Source: Heterodontus francisci (lineage: Eukaryota). From it: a DNA stretch of 64,000 bases. The notes under the pieces were generated by a model. That model was not told the DNA's origin. It was given only the letters and a program-made list of their open reading frames with translations, and made no database searches. The position numbers and the translations under genes are program-made. The DNA lies in the NCBI RefSeq assembly GCF_036365525.1, contig NC_090378.1, positions 118,281,593-118,345,592 of the forward strand, given 5' to 3'. This document shows positions 1 to 14,051 of the stretch, piece after piece (the stretch's first letter is position 1; every line of letters begins with the position of its first letter).

Positions 1-3000
1 ACTCAGGTACATCACACTTCACAATCCAGTCCGTGTACTCAGGTACATCACACTTCATAATCCATTCTGTGTACTCAGGTACATCACACTTCACAATCCA
101 GTCTGTGTACTCAGGTACATCACACTTCACAATCCAGTCTGTGTACTCAGGAACATCACACTTCACAATCCAGTCTGTGTACTCAGGTACATCACACTTC
201 ACAATCCATTCTGTGTACTCAGGTACATCACACTTCACAATCCAGTCTGTGTACTCAGGCACATCACACTTCACAATCCAGTCTGTGTACTCAGGTATAT
301 CACACTTCACAATCCAGTCTGTGTACTCCGATACATCACACTTCACAATCCAGTCTGTGTACTCAGGTACATCACACTTCACAATCCGGTCTGTGTACTC
401 AGGGACATCACACTTCACAATCCAGTCTATGTACTCAGGTACATCACACTTCACAATCCAGTCCGTGTACTCAGGCACATCACACTTCACAATCCAGTCT
501 GTGTACTCAGGTACATCACACTTCACAATCCAGTCTGTGTACTCAAGTACATCACACTTCACAATCCAGTCTGTGTACTCAGGAACATCACACTTCACAA
601 TCCAGTCTGTGTACTCAGGTACATCACACTTCACAATCCAGTCTGTGTACTCAGGTATATAACACTTCACAAACCAGACTGTGTCCTCAGGTACATCACA
701 CTTCGCAATCCAGTCTGTGTACACAGGTACATCACACTTCGCAATCCAGTCTGTGTACTCAGGTACATCACACTTCGTAATCCAGTCTGTGTACACAGGT
801 ACATCACTCTTCACAATCCGGGCTCTGTACTCAGGTACATCACACTTCACAATCCAGTCTGTGTACTCAGGTACATCACACTTCACAATCCATTCTGTGT
901 ACTCAGGTACATCACTCTACACAATCCGGGCTGTGTTCTCAGGTACATCACACTTCACAATCCAGTCTGTGTACTCAGGTACATCACACTTCACAATCCA
1001 GTCTGTGTACTCGGGTACATCACGCTTCACAATCCAGTCTGTGTACTCAGGTACATCACACTTCACAATCCACTCTGTGTACTCAGGTACATCACACTTC
1101 ACAATTCTGTCTGAGTACTCAGTTACATCACACTTCACAATCCAGTCTGTGTACTCAGGTACATCACACTTCACAATCCAGTCTGTATACTCAGGTACAT
1201 CACACTTCACAATCCAGTCTGTGTTCTCAGGTACATCACACTTCACAATCCATTCTGTGTACTCAGGTACATCACACTTCACAATCCAGTCCGTGTTCTC
1301 AGGTAGATCACACTTCACAATCCGGTCTGTGTACTCAGGTACATCACACTTCACAATCCCGTCTGTGTACTCAGGTACAACACACTTCACAATCCAGTCT
1401 GTGTACTCAGGTACATGACACTTCACAATCCAGTCTGTGTACTCAGGTACATCACACTTCACAATCCAGTCCGTGTTCTCAGGTACATCACACTTCACAA
1501 TCCGGTCTGTGTACTCAGGTACATCACACTTCACAATCTAGTCTGTGTACTCAGGTACATCACACTTCACAATCCACTCTGTGTACTCAGGTACATCACA
1601 CTTCACAATCCATTCTGTGTACTCAGGAACATCACCCTTCACAATCCAGTCTTTGTACTCAGGTACATCACACTTCACAATCCAGTCTGTGTAATCAGGT
1701 ATATAACACTTCACAAACCAGACTGTGTACTCAGTTACATCACTCTTCGCAATCCAGTCTGTGTACACAGGTACATCACACTTCGCAATCCAGTCTGTGT
1801 ACTCAGGTACATCACACTTCGTAATCCAGTCTGTGTACACAGGTACATCACTCTTCACAATCCGGGCTATGTACTCAGGTACATCACACTTCACAATCCA
1901 GTCTGTGTACTCAGGTACATCACACTTCACAATCCAGTCTGTGTACTCAGGTACATCACTCTTCACAATCCGGGCTGTGTACTCAAGTACATCACACTTC
2001 ACAATCCAGTCTGTGTACTCAGATACATCACACTTCACAATCCAGTCTGTGTACTCAGGTACATCACACTTCACAATCCAGTCTGTGTACTCAGATACAT
2101 CACACTTCACAATCCAGTCTGTGTACTCAGATACATCACACTTCACAATCCATTCTGTGTACTCAGGTACATCACACTTCACAATCCAGTCCGTGTACTC
2201 AGGTACATCACACTTCATAATCCATTCTGTGTACTCAGGTACATCACACTTCACAATCCAGTCTGTGTACTCAGGTACATCACACTTCACAATCCAGTCT
2301 GTGTACTCAGGAACATCACACTTCACAATCCAGTCTGTGTACTCAGGTACATCACACTTCACAATCCATTCTGTGTACTCAGGTACATCACACTTCACAA
2401 TCCAGTCTGTGTACTCAGGCACATCACACTTCACAATCCAGTCTGTGTACTCAGGTATATCACACTTCACAATCCAGTCTGTGTACTCCGATACATCACA
2501 CTTCACAATCCAGTCTGTGTACTCAGGTACATCACACTTCACAATCCGGTCTGTGTACTCAGGGACATCACACTTCACAATCCAGTCTATGTACTCAGGT
2601 ACATCACACTTCACAATCCAGTCCGTGTACTCAGGCACATCACACTTCACAATCCAGTCTGTGTACTCAGGTACATCACACTTCACAATCCAGTCTGTGT
2701 ACTCAAGTACATCACACTTCACAATCCAGTCTGTGTACTCAGGAACATCACACTTCACAATCCAGTCTGTGTACTCAGGTACATCACACTTCACAATCCA
2801 GTCTGTGTACTCAGGTATATAACACTTCACAAACCAGACTGTGTCCTCAGGTACATCACACTTCGCAATCCAGTCTGTGTACACAGGTACATCACACTTC
2901 GCAATCCAGTCTGTGTACTCAGGTACATCACACTTCGTAATCCAGTCTGTGTACACAGGTACATCACTCTTCACAATCCGGGCTCTGTACTCAGGTACAT

Positions 3001-6000
3001 CACACTTCACAATCCAGTCTGTGTACTCAGGTACATCACACTTCACAATCCATTCTGTGTACTCAGGTACATCACTCTACACAATCCGGGCTGTGTTCTC
3101 AGGTACATCACACTTCACAATCCAGTCTGTGTACTCAGGTACATCACACTTCACAATCCAGTCTGTGTACTCGGGTACATCACGCTTCACAATCCAGTCT
3201 GTGTACTCAGGTACATCACACTTCACAATCCACTCTGTGTACTCAGGTACATCACACTTCACAATTCTGTCTGAGTACTCAGTTACATCACACTTCACAA
3301 TCCAGTCTGTGTACTCAGGTACATCACACTTCACAATCCAGTCTGTATACTCAGGTACATCACACTTCACAATCCAGTCTGTGTTCTCAGGTACATCACA
3401 CTTCACAATCCATTCTGTGTACTCAGGTACATCACACTTCACAATCCAGTCCGTGTTCTCAGGTAGATCACACTTCACAATCCGGTCTGTGTACTCAGGT
3501 ACATCACACTTCACAATCCCGTCTGTGTACTCAGGTACAACACACTTCACAATCCAGTCTGTGTACTCAGGTACATGACACTTCACAATCCAGTCTGTGT
3601 ACTCAGGTACATCACACTTCACAATCCAGTCCGTGTTCTCAGGTACATCACACTTCACAATCCGGTCTGTGTACTCAGGTACATCACACTTCACAATCTA
3701 GTCTGTGTACTCAGGTACATCACACTTCACAATCCACTCTGTGTACTCAGGTACATCACACTTCACAATCCAGTCCGTGTTCTCAGGTACATCACACTTC
3801 ACAATCCAGTCTGTGTACTCAGGTACATCACACTTCACAATCCCGTCTGTGTACTCAGGTACATCACACTTCACAATCCAGTCTGTGTACTCAGGTACAT
3901 CACACTTCACAATCCAGTCTGTGTACTCAGGTACATCACACTTCACAACCCAGTCCGTGTTCTCAGGTACATCACACTTCACAATCCACTCTGTGTAATC
4001 AGGTACATCACACTTCACAATCCAGTCCGTGTACTCAGGTACATCACACTTCACAATCCAGTCTGTGTACTCAGGTATATCACACTTCACAATCCAGTCT
4101 GTGTACTCAGGTATATCACACTTCACAGTCCAGTCTGTGTACTCCGATACATCACACTTCACAATCCAGTCGGTGTACTCAGGTACATCACACTTCACAA
4201 TCCAGTCTGTGTACTCAGGTACATCACACTTCACAATCCAGTCTGTGTACTCAGATACATCACACTTCACAATCCATTCTGTGTACTCAGGAACATCACC
4301 CTTCACAATCCAGTCTTTGTACTCAGGTACATCACACTTCACAATCCAGTCTGTGTAATCAGGTATATAACACTTCACAAAACAGACTGTGTACTCAGTT
4401 ACATCACTCTTCGCAATCCAGTCTGTGTACACAGGTACATCACACTTCGCAATCCAGTCTTTGTTCTCAGGTACATCACACTTCGTAATCCAGTCTGTGT
4501 ACACAGGTACATCACTCTTCACAATCCGGGCTATGTACTCAGGTACATCACACTTCACAATCCAGTCTGTGTACTCAGGTACATCACACTTCACAATCCA
4601 GTCTGTGTACTCAGGTACATCACTCTTCACAATCCGGGCTGTGTACTCAGGTACATCACACTTCACAATCCTGTCTGTGTACTCAGGTACATCACACTTC
4701 ACAATCCATTCTGTGTACTCAGGTACATCACACTTCACAATCCGGTCTGTGTACTCAGGTACATCACACTTCACAATCCATTCTGTGTACTCAGATACAT
4801 CACACTTCACAATCCAGTCTGTGTACACAGGTACATCACACTTCACAATCCAATCTGTGTACACAGGTACATCACACTTCACAATCCAATCTGTGTACTC
4901 AGATACATCACACTTCACAATCCGGTCTGTGTACTCAGGTACATCACACTTCACAATCCATTCTGTGTACTCAGATACATCACACTTCACAATCCATTCT
5001 GTGTACTCAGGTACATCACACTTCACAATCCGGTCTGTGTACTCAGGTACATCACACTTCACAATCCATTCTGTGTACTCAGATACATCACACTTCACAA
5101 TCCATTCTGTGTACTCAGATACATCACACTTCACAATCCAGTCTGTGTACTCAGGTACATCACACTTCACAATCCGGTCTGTGTACTCAGGTACATCACA
5201 CTTCACAATCCATTCTGTGTACTCAGATACATCACACTTCACAATCCATTCTGTGTCCTCAGATACATCACACTTCACAATTCAGTCTGTGTACTCAGGT
5301 ACATCACACTTCACAATCCGGTCTGTGTACTCAGGTACATCACACTTCACAATCCATTCTGTGTACTCAGGTAGATCACACTTCACAATCCGGTCTGTGT
5401 ACTCAGGTACATCACACTTCACAATCCATTCTGTGTACTCAGATACGTCACACTTCACAATCCATTCTGTGTACTCAGATACATCACACTTCTCAATCCA
5501 GTCTGTGTACTCAGATACATCACACTTCACAATCCGGTCTGTGTACTCAGGTACATCACACTTCACAATCCATTCTGTGTACTCAGGTACATCACACTTC
5601 ACAATCCAGTCTGTGTACTCGGGTACATCACCCTTCACAATCCAATCTGTGTACTCAGATACATCCCACTTCACAATCCGGTCTGTGTCCTCAGGTACAT
5701 CACACTTCACAATCCATTCTGTGTACTCAGGTACATCACACTTCACAATCCAATCTGTGTACTCCGATACATCACACTTCACAATCCGGTCTGTGTACTC
5801 AGGTACATCACACTTCACAATCCATTCTGTGTCCTCAGGTACATCACACTTCACAATCCATTCTGTGTACTCAGGTACATCACACTTCACAATCCATTCT
5901 GTGTACTCAGTGACATCACACTTCACAATCCAGTCTGTGTACTCAGGTACATCACACTTCACAATCCAGTCTGTGTACTCAGGAACATCACACTTCACAA

Positions 6001-8057
6001 TCCAGTCTGTGTACTCAGGTACATCACACTTCACAATCCAGTCTGTGTACTCAGGAACATCACGCTTCACAGTCCTGTCTGTGTACTCAGGTAGATCACA
6101 CTTCACAATCCAGTCTGTGTACTCAGGAACATCACACTTCACAATCCAGTCTGTGTACTCAGGTACATCACACTTCACAATCCAGTCTGTGTACTCAGGA
6201 ACATCACGCTTCACAGTCCTGTCTGTGTACTCAGGTAGATCACACTTCACAATCCAGTCTGTGTACTCAGGTACATCACACTTCACAATCCAGTCTGTGT
6301 ACTCAGGAACATCACGCTTCACAGTCCTGTCTGTGTACTCAGGTAGATCACACTTCACAATCCAGTCTGTGTACTCAGGTACATCACACTTCACAATCCA
6401 GTCTGTGTACTCAGGAACATCACACTTCACAATCCAGTCTGTGTACTCAGGTACATCACACTTCACAATCCAGTCTGTGTACTCAGGAACATCACGCTTC
6501 ACAGTCCTGTCTGTGTACTCAGTTACATCACACTTCACAATCCAGTCTGTGTACTCGGGTACATCACCCTTCACAATCCAATCTGTGTACTCAGGAACAT
6601 CACACTTCACAATCCAGTCTGGTTACTCAGGTACATCACACTTCACAATCCAGTCTGTGTACTCAGGAACATCACGCTTCACAGTCCTGTCTGTGTACTC
6701 AGGTAGATCACACTTCACAATCCAGTCTGTGTACTCAGGTACATCACACTTCACAATCCGGTCTGTGTACTCAGGTACATCACACTTCACAATCCATTCT
6801 GTGTCCTCAGGTACATCACACTTCACAATCCATTCTGTGTACTCAGTGACATCACACTTCACAATCCAGTCTGTGTACTCAGGTACATCACACTTCACAA
6901 TCCAGTCTGTGTACTCAGGAACATCACACTTCACAATCCAGTCTGTGTACTCAGGTACATCACACTTCACAATCCAGTCTGTGTACTCAGGAACATCACG
7001 CTTCACAGTCCTGTCTGTGTACTCAGGTAGATCACACTTCACAATCCAGTCTGTGTACTCAGGAACATCACACTTCACAATCCAGTCTGTGTACTCAGGT
7101 ACATCACACTTCACAATCCAGTCTGTGTACTCAGGAACATCACGCTTCACAGTCCTGTCTGTGTACTCAGGTAGATCACACTTCACAATCCAGTCTGTGT
7201 ACTCAGGTACATCACACTTCACAATCCAGTCTGTGTACTCAGGAACATCACGCTTCACAGTCCTGTCTGTGTACTCAGGTAGATCACACTTCACAATCCA
7301 GTCTGTGTACTCAGGTACATCACACTTCACAATCCAGTCTGTGTACTCAGGAACATCACACTTCACAATCCAGTCTGTGTACTCAGGTACATCACACTTC
7401 ACAATCCAGTCTGTGTACTCAGGAACATCACGCTTCACAGTCCTGTCTGTGTACTCAGTTACATCACACTTCACAATCCAGTCTGTGTACTCGGGTACAT
7501 CACCCTTCACAATCCAATCTGTGTACTCAGGAACATCACACTTCACAATCCAGTCTGGTTACTCAGGTACATCACACTTCACAATCCAGTCTGTGTACTC
7601 AGGAACATCACGCTTCACAGTCCTGTCTGTGTACTCAGGTAGATCACACTTCACAATCCAGTCTGTGTACTCAGGTACATCACACTTCACAATCCGGTCT
7701 GTGTACTCAGGTACATCACACTTCACAATCCATTCTGTGTCCTCAGGTACATCACACTTCACAATCCATTCTGTGTACTCAGGTACATCACACTTCACAA
7801 TCCATTCTGTGTACTCAGTGACATCACACTTCACAATCCAGTCTGTGTACTCAGGTACATCACACTTCACAATCCAGTCTGTGTACTCAGGAACATCACA
7901 CTTCACAATCCAGTCTGTGTACTCAGGTACATCACACCTCACAATCCAGTCTGTGTACTCAGGAACATCACGCTTCACAGTCCTGTCTGTGTACTCAGGT
8001 AGATCACACTTCACAATCCAGTCTGTGTACTCAGGAACATCACACTTCACAATCCAG
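1..8057 (+). repeat. 36-bp tandem satellite/minisatellite, about 220 copies, running off the left window edge; consensus actcaggtacatcacacttcacaatccagtctgtgt
   Basis: Direct periodicity of 36 nt; ORF translations repeat 12-aa units (SVYSGTSHFTIQ / LRYITLHNPVCV / VKCDVPEYTDWI). Confidence 0.99.
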
Positions 8058-8144
8058 TATGAATACAACATGCAGTGTTTAACTCACAAGTCTTATCCTA
8101 ATTCTACTTTATCTACATCTACATTCCATTCATACTGCCACTGA
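8058..8144 (+). pseudogene. Putative 3' remnant of an Ig light-chain constant exon (YEYNMQCLTHKSYPNSTLSTSTFHSYCH*), in frame with the 36-bp array
   Basis: Aligns by eye with the end of the C exon at 38.5 kb (CALTHETLSSPLSKSVSRSECV*): C..LTH, S.LS.S, S.C, penultimate Cys then stop. Confidence 0.55.
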
Positions 8145-8619
8145 ATCAGAGCACATCAAAGATACATAAAAGTGATATCAGAATAACCACATGGAGCCAG
8201 CAAAGGCTCTTTATTCCTCTCTATCCCTTCAAATCATCCTGTTTCAATGGTTATATTGCCCTCTGAAGCTCCATGATTATATTGCTGTTACAAATTCCTC
8301 TGATGATTTGATTAATATAAACACAAGTGAGCAGATTAACATTTCCAGACTATCAGAGACATGGATGAGTGAATTGCAGTACAAGTAGAGGCCACCCCAA
8401 TATCTGAGTGCTGCAGTGGAAGCTCAGACTGTGGTATTGTAATCTGAGCTTGCTGCCACACAGGCTCAGACTGCTGCCATCATGGCTGTGGATGCCAGTG
8501 CTCAAAGGGGCTTGCAGGCTCACCCAGCAGCCCAGCACCAAGTGCAGCTTGATGGAGTACTGCTTCAACAGATACCTAACTCGGAGAATTGGGGATTGAG
8601 GGAATTCAGTGCAATGACT

Positions 8620-10230
8620 GAAGAGATTCTATTCTGATCTTTGACAAAACACGGAGCAGTAGAGTGATGGAGCGGGAGACAGCGAGACCTGGTGATCAGC
8701 TCTAAGTGTTTCTAGATAATAGTCTAGAAAGTAAAACATGGCAGGGAACCTCAGCCCCGTGGAATACACATCCTGTGTCATGTGGGAAATCCTGGACACT
8801 TCTCATGACCTGGATGACCACATGTACAGGAAGTGTCACCGGTTACAGCAGCTCGAGCTCTGGGTTTCGGAGTTTGAGCACTGACTGGAGTCACTATGCA
8901 GCATCCACGAGGCTGAGAGCTTTCTGGAGGTGGTCACCCTGCAGTTTAAAAATGTGCTGGCAGAGGGGGAATGGGTGAGGGCCAGAAGAACAAGGAGGAC
9001 CAGGCATGCAGGACAGTGATCCCATGAGTGCGTCTCAATCTCTAACTGGTATTCAGTTCTGAATACTGGTCAGAGTAATGGTTCCACTGGGGAGTGCAGG
9101 CAGAGCCAAGTCCACAGCACCATGGGTGTCTCAGCTGTACAGGGAGGGAGGAAGAAGAGTGGAAGAACAATAGTGGGAGGGACTTCGATAGTGAGGAGAA
9201 TAGACAGGTGCTTCTGTGACTACAGAGGTGTCTCCATGATGGTATGTTGCCTCCCTGGTGCCAGGGACAAGGATATCACTGAGCGTCAGCAGGACATTCT
9301 GACAGGGGAGAGTGAACAGCCAGAGGTCGTGGTCCATATTGGCACCAATGACAGAGGCAGAAGGAGGGATGAGGTCCTGAGGCAGAATTTAGGCAGCTAG
9401 GAGGGAGATTGAAAAGCAGAACCTCAAAAGTATTAATCTCCAGATTACTCCCAGTGCCACGTGTTAGTGAGTACAGAAATAGGAAGATAGAGCTGATGAA
9501 TACATAGAGCTGGAGAGATTATGCAGGAGGGAGGGCTTTAGATTCCTGAGGCTTTGGGACTGCTTCTGGAGGAGGTGGGACCTGGACAAGACGGACTGTT
9601 TGCAAATCAACAGGGCCGGGACCAATATCCTCGCAGTGAGTTTTACTCGTGCTGTTGGGGAGAGTTTAAACTAGCTGAGCACAGGGATGGGAACCTGAGA
9701 GTAGATTCAGAAGAGAGAGAAGAAAAGTTGGAAATGGAAGGCAGTAAATTAGTCAGCGTGTTTGGAAGGCAGAGAAAACGAAGGTTAGAAAATAAACAAG
9801 GGAGTTTGACAGAGCTAAATAATCCAAGTTGAGGAAATAAGGCTGATGAGCTGAGAGCACAGATTGACACATGGCAGTATGATATTTTAGCTATTACTGA
9901 GACATGGCTGAAAGAAGGGCAGGAATGGCAGCTCAACATTCCTAGTTACAGGGTTTTCAGACGAGACAGAGATGGGGATATCTCAGGAGGGGGTGAGTTG
10001 CAATATTGATTAAAGAAACAATTATAGCTGTGAGGAGAGAAGATATGGTAGAAGGATAAACAAATGTTGCCATATGGGTTGAACTGAAGAACAAAACAGG
10101 GGCAATCACACTACTGGGAGTGTGCTATAGACCCTGAAACTGTTAGAAGGGGAGAGAAGAGCAAATATGTAGATAAATTTCAGAACTGCAAAAACAATTA
10201 AACAGTAATAGTGGGGGATTTCAACTGAAT
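8620..10230 (+). mobile_element. Degraded CR1-type LINE, ORF1 (SGNH esterase-like) and start of ORF2 endonuclease
   Basis: CCLPGAR..DI, VVVHIGTND (CR1 ORF1 esterase motifs); AITETWLKEGQEWQLNI and GDFN endonuclease motifs; many stops and frameshifts. Confidence 0.85.
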
Positions 10231-10429
10231 TACAGAATTACAACAATTTCACAAAATTACAACAGTCTTTAGTGACCTTAATGTGTTGTCATCACCTCAC
10301 CGAAAGTGAGTAGTACTTTTATACCCCTTAACCTTGCATCGATTCTCACTACTTAGTGAAATCAAGGTAACATTTTAACAAATCTATTCTACATCCTGTC
10401 AAAGAGCAAATAATATCTAGCACAGCACA

Positions 10430-11951
10430 AGGAAGGGAAAACCCGAGCAATTACAGGCCAGTCTGCCTAACTGCAGTGGTGGGAAAATTATTGGAAACAT
10501 TCTGATAGACCATATAAATCATCATTTAGAGAGGCACAGATTGATCCAGGACAGTGATCTTGGATTTGTTAAGGGAAGGTCATGTCTGATTAAGTTGATT
10601 GAATTTTTTGAGAAGGTTACAAGGAGCGTCAATGAGGGCAGCATGTTTGATGCAGTCTACATGGAGTTTAGCAAGGCTTTTGATAAGGTTCCACATGGCA
10701 GACTGTTCAGAAAATTAAAAGCCCATGGGATCCAAGGGAAAGTGGGAAATTGGATCAGTGACAGGAAGCAAAGGATTCTGGTTGGCAGGTGTTTTAGTGA
10801 CTGGAAGTTTCTTTCCAGTGGGTTCCACAGGTCTCAGTACTGGGTCCCTCACTATTTGTGTATATATCAGTGATTTAAACTTCAATGTCGGGGCATGATT
10901 AAAAAGATTGCAGATGATGCAAAGATTGTCCGTGTGGTGGATAGTGAGGAAGAAAGCTGTAAACTGCAGGAAGATATCAATGGACTGGTCAGGTGAGCAG
11001 AAAAATGGCAAATGGAACTTAATCCAGAGAAGTGAGAGGGAATGAATTTGGGCAGGACAAACCAGGGAAATGAATATACAATAAATGGAGGATTCTGAGA
11101 AGTGTAGAGGAATAGAGGGAACTTGGAGTTTATCTGTACAGCTCTCTGAAAGTAGCAGGACAGGTAGAAAAGGTGGTCAAAAAGGCATATGGAATACTTT
11201 CCATTATTAGCTGAGCCTAGACTATAAGAGCAAAGCGGTTATTCTGGAACTGTATAAAACACTAGTTAGAACCAGAGAAAGGTTACGGCACAGAAAGAGG
11301 CCATTCAGCCCATCGTGGCTGCGCTGGCTGAACAAACAAGCTGCCCATTCTAATCCCACCTTCCGGCACCTGGTCCATAGCCTGGCAGGTTACAGCACTT
11401 TAGGTGCAGGTCCAGGTACCTTTTCAATGAGTTGAGGGTTTCTGCCTTCACCACCGATCCAGGCAGTGAATTCCAGATACCCACCACCCTCTGGGTGAAA
11501 ATGTGTTTCCTCATGTCCTCTCTAATCCTTCCACCAATCACCTTAAATCAGTGGATCGTTAGACCACAGCTAGAATACTGTGTACAGTTCTGGTCACCAC
11601 ATTACAGGAAGAATGTGATCACACAAGAGAGGGTACAGAGGAGATTTACAAGGATGTTACCAGGAATGGAGAATTTCAGCTATGAGGAAAGATTGGATTG
11701 GCTGGGGTTATAATCTTTGAAACAGAGGAGGCTGAGGGGAGGTTTAATTGAGGTGTATAAAATTATGAGGGGCCAAGATAGAGTGAATAGGAAGGACCTA
11801 TTTCCCTCAGCAGAGAGGTCAATAACCAGGAGGCATAGACTTAAAGTAATTGGTGGAAGGATTAGAGGTGAGTTGAGGAGTAATTTTTTCACCCAGAGGG
11901 TGGTGGGGATCTGGAACTCACTGCCTGAAAGGGTGGTGGAGGCAGAAACAT
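10430..11951 (+). mobile_element. Degraded CR1 LINE ORF2 (RT and C-terminal region), containing a nested antisense CR1 3' fragment
   Basis: GFVKGRSCL, VYMEFSKAFDKVPHGRL, RPQLEYCVQFWSP, FFTQRVVGIWNSLP. Confidence 0.9.
11271..11557 (-). mobile_element. 5'-truncated CR1 3'-end fragment inserted antisense in the host CR1
   Basis: Minus ORF IFTQRVVGIWNSLP..RYLDLHL; flanked by a gttaga direct repeat (11265-11270 and 11558-11563), a likely TSD. Confidence 0.8.
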
Positions 11952-14051
11952 TTCAGTGCTGAAATGATTAATAGTAAGAGTAATTAAAGAGACCGTGTCC
12001 CTTTAAGACACTGTTAACCTGGCAGAAACTCTAACTATAAATCAGTCTATCTGGATCCCTCCTCTATCTTAGCCTCTAAAATACTGGTGGCTGTAAGTGT
12101 AAGATTGAGTGACGGTGTCTCTTTATCTTCCTTGTTTTCTGCCTCTTCCTCCCTGACTGGGAAGCTCCCAGTTTTCGGGTACCTGAAATGAATATGGACA
12201 AGGATTGGGTTGTGGTGAGGGGAGAGGAGAAAGTAAGAAGTGCATGTTTACACCGTCTGCAGCTTGAGAGTCTGAAGAGATTGTGTGATGAGAGAAGGAG
12301 GATTAGGTATACAGACAACCTTATCATCGATCTCTCCAGCCCCACCAGTGTCCATAGCCTCAGCGATGCCCCTTCCCATATTGACCAGCACTGTCTCCTC
12401 CGTGAGGGTCAAAATCTGCAGACCTGCTTGTCCGCCTCCAGTTCCTTCTTGTTGCCTCTATTATGAACCACCTTCTCCTATAAGAAAGAGAGAAGTGTGA
12501 GAGTGAGTGTCCTGTAATATGTTTGATGTGGCTGTCATGGTTGAATAGCTGTGTGCTAGCTGTGAGTTGTTGGTACAAGGTTGGCAGTAATGCTAAGTGT
12601 GTGAGGGTGAGGTAAATCCTATGAATTGAAGGGTTGAATACTGATTTATAGAGACTGTTGGTGGCTGGGTGATGTGGGTTTGGTGAATTGAGCAATGGAT
12701 GAGGTTAGTGATGCAGTTGGAAGGATCTGCCATTTGAAGATGCACTCAGTCACCTTGACAACTCGTGTCAGATCATTAAACTTCTTCCTGCATCCTTGTT
12801 CTTGGAGCAACACTCCTGACATTGAGCTCTGCTATTACTTCTTCACACTGTCTCTTGAACATCTATCTGGAGGAGTTCCTGCCTCTCTGTGGATACTGGA
12901 TGTTTCTCCTTCTTTCCACATCTTCCACCAAGACCTGTAACACATCATCAGAAAAGCTTGGTGCACGCTCTCTCACACGTTCAGCCATTCCTCAAAGTAT
13001 CACAGTGCCATTCCACCTCCACTTTTCCTCCTGTGGTGAGTTCCTCATTTCTACTGGATTGTCTGGTGGCCCAAAGTGCAGGCCAGACCTCAGAAAGAGA
13101 AACCTGTTGCTGTCCACAACTCACCAGCCCAATGGAAATGAGACCAGTGACCCAGTGTTGGTGGTGCCGTGGACTTCACCATTCAGGTACTGGGATCATT
13201 GTTCACATTCCCAAAAATAGGTGCACCTGAATTCCTAGGCCCAGGTTTATCACTGTAGCTATTCTGACAGAGGGCAGGAAAGCATGTTTCTAGTCTCCGT
13301 TTGAAGCCAATGTTTTGAAACATCACGCACATTAAGATCTTCCTCAGAGAACTGGTTCATCACAGCAGTCTTAGTGAAGATAATGAATCACTTTTAAAAG
13401 GATTTCCTGATGTTCTGAAATAATGGTTATATTTCACTTTAAATTTCTGTACCCAGTGCCACACTCGGACAGATTTCCTCAGCATATTGAGGTCTCGGTA
13501 AATTGCTGAGAAAAATCTCATTGTAGGTGTCACTGATCCTGTCTCTGAAACAAAGAGTGTGAACACTTCAGTTTCAACAAGTCACTAATCCTGAATATCC
13601 AGTTCTTTCATTTACGATGACAGACATTGCCCCTTTCCTCTATATATTACAAGATATTAATGGAAGAGGAAGGCCATTCGGCCCACCTTAGCTCCCTCAT
13701 TGATGATGACCCTAAAGTCTCCCCAATGCAGCATCCAGCTGGTTCTTCCATGACTTTCATTTCCATTACTTTATCTGGGAATCCATTCCATGATTAGTCA
13801 CTCTGATATGAAGAAAGACTCCTTGATATTAGTCCTGAAGCTGCCTTTTACTAGTTTGAATGTGTGGCCTCCAGCTCTTGTCATAATTTAATTGGAAGTA
13901 ATTGTTGGGATTTACTTTTTCCAGAATAAATACCAAGGACATATTTCTGTTACCTGATGATTCAATATCCAACATCAGACCAAGAATATTCTTTAGACAC
14001 AGGTGAATGTGAGTGTGACCCAATGTTTATTCTGTAAAATTGCTGTATGTG

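Noticed and set aside
1-8057. CRISPR-like or genuine repeat-protein interpretation of the many long ORFs on both strands
   Set aside because: Units are contiguous with no unique spacers, the context is eukaryotic, and a 36-nt unit lacking stops gives long ORFs in several frames automatically. Only the frame continuous with the Ig-like tail is kept as a hypothesis.
1-8057. RSS-like heptamers (CACACTT, CACAATC, CACAGAC) in the 36-bp unit
   Set aside because: No nonamer-like sequence at 12 or 23 nt spacing (best about 4/9).
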